A DNA stretch of 56,280 bases, the filler included, from Sphacelaria rigidula (lineage: Eukaryota), in assembly GCA_964200075.2 (NCBI GenBank). It is 7 parts of 7 records of this genome, joined end to end, with 100 filler letters (N's around TTAATTAATTAA, not from the genome) between each part and the next. Parts side by side here need not be neighbours in the genome. Positions count along the whole stretch, not along the records: positions 48,327 to 56,280 come from CAXNAA020012855.1; 6 more parts are not named here. One strand, written 5' to 3'. A program made the translations under genes and the position numbers. Below are positions 48,596-56,280 of this stretch, piece by piece (position 1 is the first letter of the stretch; each line of letters opens with the position of its first letter). The notes beneath the pieces were generated by a model. The model ran no database searches. It was not told the DNA's origin and worked only from the letters and a program-made list of their open reading frames with translations.

Positions 48596-50969
48596 TTGAC
48601 TTTCAAGTGTATACGGACTAGTATGCTGTATTTATGCAGTAAATACAACGAGGTGTGACTGCATTTGTTTGGTTTATTGCCATTTTGTCTTTCATACGGA
48701 GTATATCGGTATGTGCTATATCATACATTTATAATACAGTATGATACTTGTATTGCGATCCACCCCGATGCGATTGAACTAACTCATTTATATTTGTTGC
48801 ACAGCAAAGCAGTACACTGCGACTGTACTGCTCAACCTTTTTTGCTGCGTACTGCGAGGCTCCTGCAGATAATCCATCCAAGCAAAACTGCAAACAAAAC
48901 GAAACGTCGAAATGTACGAATACTACATCCATTCGTAAAAAAACGTTATTTGATTTGAAGAATCCCACTACTTTGTACGCGCGCGGGAAACAAAGTGAAT
49001 TAGCCTTTAAGAAATGTATCACTACGCGTGTGCGGAAAGTAAGAAATCGGCCTTAAGAAAATTAGGCTTGGCTCGGCGAAAATAATAATTGTTGAGCCTC
49101 TCCTCGAATTCGAGTGTTTCAAGTAGTGACGCCACCTTTACATTAGAGAAGTGCATGGCAACAAGAAAACAGATCCATGACTACTGTAGCAGGTGCTTGC
49201 TACCCCACCTGCACGCGTGAAAAGCGGGGCGATTCTACGCCCAAGGAAAGTCGAGCGCAGAAGGCGCGGTGCTGGAATCCCTCTGAGCCAGTACGAACAG
49301 CACACATGAGAATTAACTGCTTTCTCCTAAGTGACTACATCAGCAAGGCCGAGGATAGCATCCACTATCGAGAAGCCAGCATCCAGAGATTTATCTTTAG
49401 CGCACTTGAGCATCACCAGAAACCTTGTTCCTCTCGGCGCGCAGGACGTACTACAGCATCACCACACTTGGTGTCTTCATGTTTGGTTTGAAACGGAGCA
49501 CTTCGTGAGATCGGGTCGCCGTACTTCACTTTTCAGAGTTTTCACACCACTACTACGTACTGCAGCAACTACGATCAAGTGAGGGCACGGACTGAGGCGA
49601 GCAGCTACAACATCACCGGCGAGAAAAGACCGAATGAGATCAACGAACGCTACTACAGCTACAACATCATCATCGTGCACGGACACAGTGAGATCAACGA
49701 ACGCCACTACGCCACCACTCGCTGTTTGCTAATGAATGCTTGACTGGTAGTAGGGCAGTAAAGCATGGCATGTACGTGTATGATTTTATTGATTGTTCGA
49801 CTGTACACAAGTGTGAGGAATTTTCCGATTAAAGCATTTGAAGAGAAATAGGCTGTACACCATACCGCATGGTTGGAAAGCACATCGATATTGATGTGAG
49901 GTTTCGTTCCTGTCTTTGATGCATGGGTTTGTATGCAGGACCTTGCTATATTTGAAAACTGTCTAGCGCCAGTAATGCTCCTTACGTACTGCATTTGTTT
50001 ATACACAAACGTTTTGGATCGCGCACCAAGTCCATATGCTTTGAGTCGACTGTCAACTAGCTGACACAGTCGCATCCCAAAGCGTTAAGGGACCAAAACG
50101 ATATATCAACGACGTCAATAAAAGTATATGTTGCATTTTCCTTCGTTTGCCTGACTCACTATCTACTACATAAACATTGGTTTGCTATGGCGTCTCACCC
50201 AAGGGGGAGTGTTGGAAAATTGACCCACAGCTTATAATCTCGCTGTATTGTCCATGTTCCAGGTTTCGGTTACATAGCGAATAGCGGTACAACTAGCGGC
50301 TCGGCAACACTACGAGCCATGTACCGTAGTGCCGTTCCCGTGTTGCCACATAAGCATGTAAGATACTACAGCAAAAAGTGTACTGCCATGCTTTGTTATA
50401 CAGTAGTGTACGTGTCAAGGTAGCTAAGTCACGTAGCTTGCAGTCGATCTACTGTAGTCTGCGAGCTGGTGAGACTAACACGGCAGCAGTGTTAAATTGA
50501 GTATACGATTTGGTCTCAGGCACGTGTAGGGATTTCATATTTCGTTCCAGGATTGAGGAGGCTTGGGCTCGGTCACCTTCACTGCCCATGTAACCACTCT
50601 CCCTCGATTCCTCAGTCCCCAGCATGCAAAAAGGATGATTTTGGTTTTGCCAAGTGGAGAGCCCCCAAAAGATCATGTGTAATATCGACGTTCTTGTGTT
50701 GCAGAAGCGTCTGGTCTAACCACCACGATGCAACCTACGCTATATACTACTGTCTGCGTGACGGTAGTCGGTCCGTCTCGAGGACACTACCACACAATGG
50801 GAGCCAATATTTCCGACAAGGATGAATCTCCTCACATGACAATTTTTGCGACAGACACTCCCCACCGACATACACACCACGCATGCGACCGGGTGACAGC
50901 AGAAAAGCTCAATCACAGGCTCTCAGCCCACATTCCGGTCATGGCATCGAGAGTTAAGTCACCCGCACG

Positions 50970-51490
50970 AGGTATTGTTTTTCACTCCGCATACCAAGAA
51001 ATTCTACACGAGTGTTTGATCTCTCATACATTCATCCCCCTAACTAGAATGTGGTAGACTGTCTATGTCCTTGTTTGGCAGACGTCGGGTGAGTCAACGA
51101 CTGCAACGACACCGCCCCGCTTCTGACTATTAGATCTTGCCGCAAGGGCGCAGCCGTCCTCGCTCGCATGTGTGCGTGAGAGAACAGTAGCGTTGACGGG
51201 AACATCGTCCTGCTTTTCGACGAGATGTTCTACTGCGCACAGAGGCACTTCCTGTCCAAGCAGAGAGGCAAAGAGAAATCGATATTCGCACTGGTCAGCG
51301 CCGCAGACAGAAGCCGACAGCAGGCATATCCCACGATCTTGTTGCCGCGGCTGCGCCACAATAACCCGCCTACCCACACATGGCAATCTGGGTATGTGCT
51401 GTACTATGACACGATGCCAATCTCTGCAGCGATTAGGAATCGCCGAATGAGGACACACAAAGGACACCGTTGAGGAGCTGTTATGGATCA
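50970..51490 (+). pseudogene. Fragment of unknown coding repeat family U1
   Basis: GIVFHS..QE.LH.C, DGNIVLLFDEMFYCAQ…RGKEK.IFAL, TWQSGY, GHTKDTVEEL; frameshifted; homologous to 54320-54760. Confidence 0.7.
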
Positions 51491-54319
51491 CGGCGTATTG
51501 GTGAGAGGGTGATACAAGGATGAGCCCAGCTGTTCCACTGACGGGCTTGGAGGGCTAGCTGATGTGACTTACGAGTATTTCAACTAGAGGAGAAGGAGTG
51601 GTGTCCGTTGTAACGGTTACAGACACGCTTCCGTGCGCGCTGTGGTTGCATTACCCGGCACGACCCTTGGTTTTACTCTCTTTACAAGCACAAAAAAACG
51701 AGCGAAGAGCGTATGTGAATCCATTCATGAGGCTATCAAAACCACCACCACGAAAGAGAAACTGAATCGCTTCTGGAGCTATGATCAGGATCCTTGCCGT
51801 TCCACGTGGACTGTACTGCGTTGGACGTATTCTCTCTGGTTGGTTGCTGAACACGGTGAGACAATACAGTACGGATTCCTGAACCATAATCGCACGTCAG
51901 CATGTGAAATATGTCGTCATGATAGTATAATATTGCATTTCAGTGCACAAACAGCATGGTGTACTTGTGACATGTCCCGGCGTAGTCAACATGGTATATA
52001 TTAGTCATCACGTATTTGTATGCGCATGATTTGACTCAACTGGATGCGTGTTCGAGACCACGAGACATGTCGCCTTCCTGTAAGCGAGTAGCGATGCCTA
52101 ATGCTGAGAACTTCCCCACTATACCGTCTGTTTGTCACATGGTGCTTCCAACGGGGACTATTGGGTCGACTGTTGTCATCCGTGACGTATTGATCACTCC
52201 TCTTGCGATTTTCCAAAATGCGCTTTTCCAACGGAGCATCAGCCTGTGTGATGCTTTGGTCCCCATATGCGAAAATTCGTTGATTCGCCCCAATTGACAA
52301 CTGCGGATGTGATGACGCATTTTGCTGTCTGAGAATGGGAATCGGAACGAACTAGTCCTCGGTCAATCCCATGTGTGTGAAGTCGCCGGCTGCTGTGCAT
52401 ATCCTACGACACCTGAAGAAGCGTATTCACGGCGTTTGCGCAGCGATTATTGCTAAACGACTGAGTTCGATGGTAGAAGTGCAGCTATAATCGCTCTGCC
52501 TTATATGTGTATTTTACGGTATAGTAGGTATATTTGAAGTGTGATTCCCCGCGGTGAGTAGCTACGTATATGGGTAGATGAAAGATTCAAGCACGATCCG
52601 CTGCAACATGTTTGGACATCGTCTACGCACCGCGTTATAAGCGGCTCTAGACTTACTGCACACAACGCGCAGGTGAGGTTGTACACTGTCCTTTTGCTGT
52701 GAGATCAGACAGCTGGATGCTAACTTTGAATACCACGCAGCGGGTGCTGGGTGTACGCACCCCTCCTGTGCAAGTCAGCCCAAATCGAGTAGCACTGCGT
52801 CTCACAAATACTCGTGAACATATGAAAGGTTTTGTGCGCGCTTGACCCATATCTTTCGGTTGACGAGGTCCGCCAACAGTTTCAAATAGTGATGTTTCCA
52901 CGCGAAGGCAATACACCAGTTTTGCTCTACTGTGCTACAGTTGTGAGTAGTAGCTATGGCTGTGATGCGAGTTAGCTCATACAATGCCTGCGAACCGTGC
53001 CTTGAAAGGGAACCTCAACCGAGTCAGCTGACCTGAAGGACACCGCATGTGATTTACAGCCGATAAATCACCGTACACTGTATACATTTCAGGGTGCAAT
53101 GCGGATGTTTGAACCCTATTTCGCCGCCGCTCTGGATACAACGTTTGGGCAAGTTTGAATTCATGCGTTTTGAAGAATTCGATTATGGTGATGAATCAAC
53201 TTCCAACCTTGCTTATGGTCATGACAAGCTGCGACCAAGGGAAGGAAATATAATGATGGCTAATGCTGAAAACATCGTGCTAACCGCTTGGATCATTTCG
53301 CGGTTTACTGGATATCGTGTGGATAGCGCTTGCCTCATGCTGCATCTGGGTAAGAGCCAATGTGATGAACCGTGAATGTTGTGAAACGGAAACATTGGAA
53401 TGTTTGTGTAGCCCGATATATACCGAACTGATGCGCTGATGCTGTCGCTTTGAGTCAAGCTGCGGCATGCATGCAGCGTTATTCTTGTCTACGTGAAGCC
53501 GCGTGTCTACGGTATCTATGCACAACTACAATCGGTCTGTAACAAGCGCACACATGTATGTCTATATCATATAGTCCGAGGAATGCCGTTGCTATGTTGC
53601 CCACTGGGATTTGAGCTTCTGTGCGCTGATGAAAATCGGTGGTATCCCTCACCTAGACTGTTTCGATGTACTGTCTGTGTATTGCTGTTGAACGTGTTGC
53701 GTAAGGACCAAGTCATCTTCTTTCTTGCATCCTGCGTTACAGAACATGAATTAGCACAACGCTTGCGCCGTGCTCGAACCAGGCTGATACACATCTTCCT
53801 GTAACCTGATGCGGCGTGCTGTTGTTATTTTAATGCTACTAGTTATCGGCGGCCACCTTCCATCAGGTTTTGAGAGTCGTTTCAATTGTGGGGATTCAGT
53901 TAATAAAAATCAAACTCTCCAGCTTTCACAGGTGTTGCGACTTCGGTGCATGTTGTTACCGTGACCACCTCTGAGCAGACGGGAGTACGTGCAGTAGAGC
54001 AACGAAAGATAGCTATGACCCGGTTTTTCCTGCCGTATTGCCGACAGCGTCGCGTGAAAGCCACGAGACCCTTGCTGTCGGCGGTTGATGGCGTGGGTCT
54101 CGAAAGCAACGACATGCGGTTGATCGTAGAGCACTCTCGTCTCTCCTCCCAACTTGTAATAATGCATGACCTCCTGACATCCGAAAAATCAGTAATTATG
54201 GGAAGGTACTCGTACTGTTGTACCTATTATTTAGGGTTTTACGCGGCCAGCGTGTGCTGCAGATTGCGGCATGGGTAGACTCCTATGCGCCACGCTAGCA
54301 ACAGTTAGGCCACCATCAT

Positions 54320-54978
54320 AGGTATCGTTTTCCACTCCTCATGTCAAGAAGGTCTCCACAAGTGTGTGATCCCTCATACACCCCCTCAACTGGCTTGTCG
54401 CACGCTCTTCTGCTCGGGCACCCGGTTGAGGGGAGGTCGTCTATCTATTATTGCCGCAGCACCGTCTTTGCTGGGATGTGTGTGACAGAGAACAGTAGCA
54501 GCGATGACGGGAACATTGCCCTGTTTTTCATCGACATGTTTTTCAGCGCACAGACGCGCGTCTTGTCCAAAATGAGAGGCAGAGAGAAATTGATTTTCGC
54601 ATTAGCCACATGCAACAAGAGACGGAATCTCTCCGCAGCTTGGTGTTCTGGCACATGGAAAAGTGGGTACATGCTGGTAACATCGATGTTGCCAGTCTCT
54701 CGAGCGATATTGGTAATCGCCGAGCGAGGACACGTAAAGGACACGGGCGAGGAGCTTCCTCTATGTCGTTGGTTTTCTCTCTGGTGATATCTTCATCGAC
54801 ATGTGTGTACACAGCATTCGTTGGGTGCACCTAGCCAGAACTGCTTAGCTACTCCTGCGGAGTTTTGGGAGGGAAGATACTTTCGCTTTGTGTTACTAGT
54901 TCGCATTTTCCCTACGAACAAGAAATTTTACTTCAACCCCATTTTCGAGATGAACCTCACTTTTTAGGACCCGCTGTT
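54320..54978 (+). pseudogene. Longest fragment of unknown coding repeat family U1
   Basis: Links the 50970 block to the 48327 block in one colinear reading; many differences between copies are synonymous in this + frame. Confidence 0.7.
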
Positions 54979-56029
54979 TGCTGTGTGTTTTCTGCTGTGT
55001 GATGCGGCTGAAAGGAGCAACACAACACTATACCGTTTCCACTCATCAAGATTGTGCTTACTGTATTCCCCACACGGGAGTTTGCATCACGTTCGCACGC
55101 CAGAAACGGGATGGTGTATACAGACGAGGTTGGCATTAAATACCAGTTGAACTCCTACTAATTCAAGTATAATCTGTCGGCGTTTGCCGTGGAATGGAGT
55201 AATGTTAGACTTGTTCACAACTGACGCTGCGGTTGCTATATGGTATGATTTTTGCAGTTTGATACAGCTGAAATGAAACCACGCTATCCACACATACTCA
55301 AACTCGTAGGGTTAGGGACTGGCGCTACGCGCCGTACCAGGTAAACTGGCTGCGGAGAGCAGCCAGTTTGCTGGATCCTAACAATACATTGGTATCGCGG
55401 CGAAGCCGCGTGGTCGTGGCGCAGCCGCAACCACCGCGCCCCCCGCCGGAGGCGTATTTTCACGCGATTTGGCTTCACTAGAAGATACTTTTGGGGGTTG
55501 GTTTTAGGCCACTTCGATGATGCCTGCCCGGGTGTGAAAACGTTTCTTTTCTTCAAATAGTTGGTAGTATACCCAGAGAAAAACTGCAACAATCGTGATT
55601 CGCTGGAGGCCGCGGCGGGTTCAGGGATCTGAGGCCCCGGGCTCGGGTCTGAAGCGGGCGGACTGCTGTTGCTAGTGACATATTGTTCTGTCGATTTCGT
55701 GGTCTCCCTCTTGTGTGTGTGTGCCCTGCTCTCAACCTCTCTCCTCTCCTGCCTCTCATGCGGCGCAGTTTTGGTGGGTTTTCATGTGGTTTAGGAGGCA
55801 TGATATAGGACGTACGTAAGATGGGTATGTACTGGTTGTACTGGTAGCCTCTGACGCAGTACAGGAAAACTGCTAGTACAAGAATACTGTCAGTAGATAC
55901 TGATCCAGTCCCCAACCCTACAAACTCGACAAGGCCCGCTGGATTAAAACACAAAAATCGCTTGTTTCTCTGCACATTGGGTTGCGATGTCATCATTCGG
56001 TCCTACCACATTTTTTTATTTCGATTTTG

Positions 56030-56085
56030 TTTTTATTGTCGCACTTTAGCTGACCCCCCAGGGGTCCAGTCGTGGTCTCATGACA
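56030..56085 (-). repeat. Second copy of the short repeat at 34624
   Basis: Direct sequence match. Confidence 0.7.
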
Positions 56086-56280
56086 GACGTACTCAAGAAA
56101 AATGGAACTCAAACACGCTCTTGTTCCGATTTTGCTTCGGCACGTCTATCACGGTACTTGCCTTGCTCGTTGGTCTCACGGGAAGGGTGCAGCCTTCCCA
56201 TCCCGCGTCGGCCGCTGTCTCCAGTCCGCCGAATCTGATACTTACTCACACGTGCTCCATCTCCATCAACGTGCTTTCCG

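Overview
Eukaryotic draft-assembly sequence, most likely a brown alga (Phaeophyceae); this is inferred from the gene/intron style and repeat content, not proven. The window is not one locus. It is seven contigs of 7954-7955 bp (1-7955, 8056-16010, 16111-24064, 24165-32118, 32219-40172, 40273-48226, 48327-56280) joined by artificial N44-TTAATTAATTAA-N44 spacers, so no synteny can be read across the joins. (A) A repeat-rich contig with three MITE-like families and a 450-bp palindrome. (B) A partial multi-exon minus-strand gene with Sfi1-like Trp repeats and a jacalin-like domain. (C) A 5'-partial minus-strand gene for a large low-complexity protein with coding minisatellites. (D) A decayed Ty3/Gypsy chromovirus-type pol (PR-RT-RH-INT-chromo plus an extra Tudor-like module), preceded by a 295-nt hairpin. 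(E) Two exons of a P-loop sulfotransferase-like gene. (F) Four exons of a KP-43-type S8 subtilase whose 4-kb intron holds a 1.55-kb foldback. (G) Degenerate copies of an unrecognised multicopy coding family, which also appears to supply the foldback in F. The most interesting signals are the three long hairpins (candidate small-RNA sources), the unknown coding repeat family, the chromo+Tudor-like integrase tail and a mariner-like MITE carrying a tRNA-like core. All alignments and identities were judged by eye.
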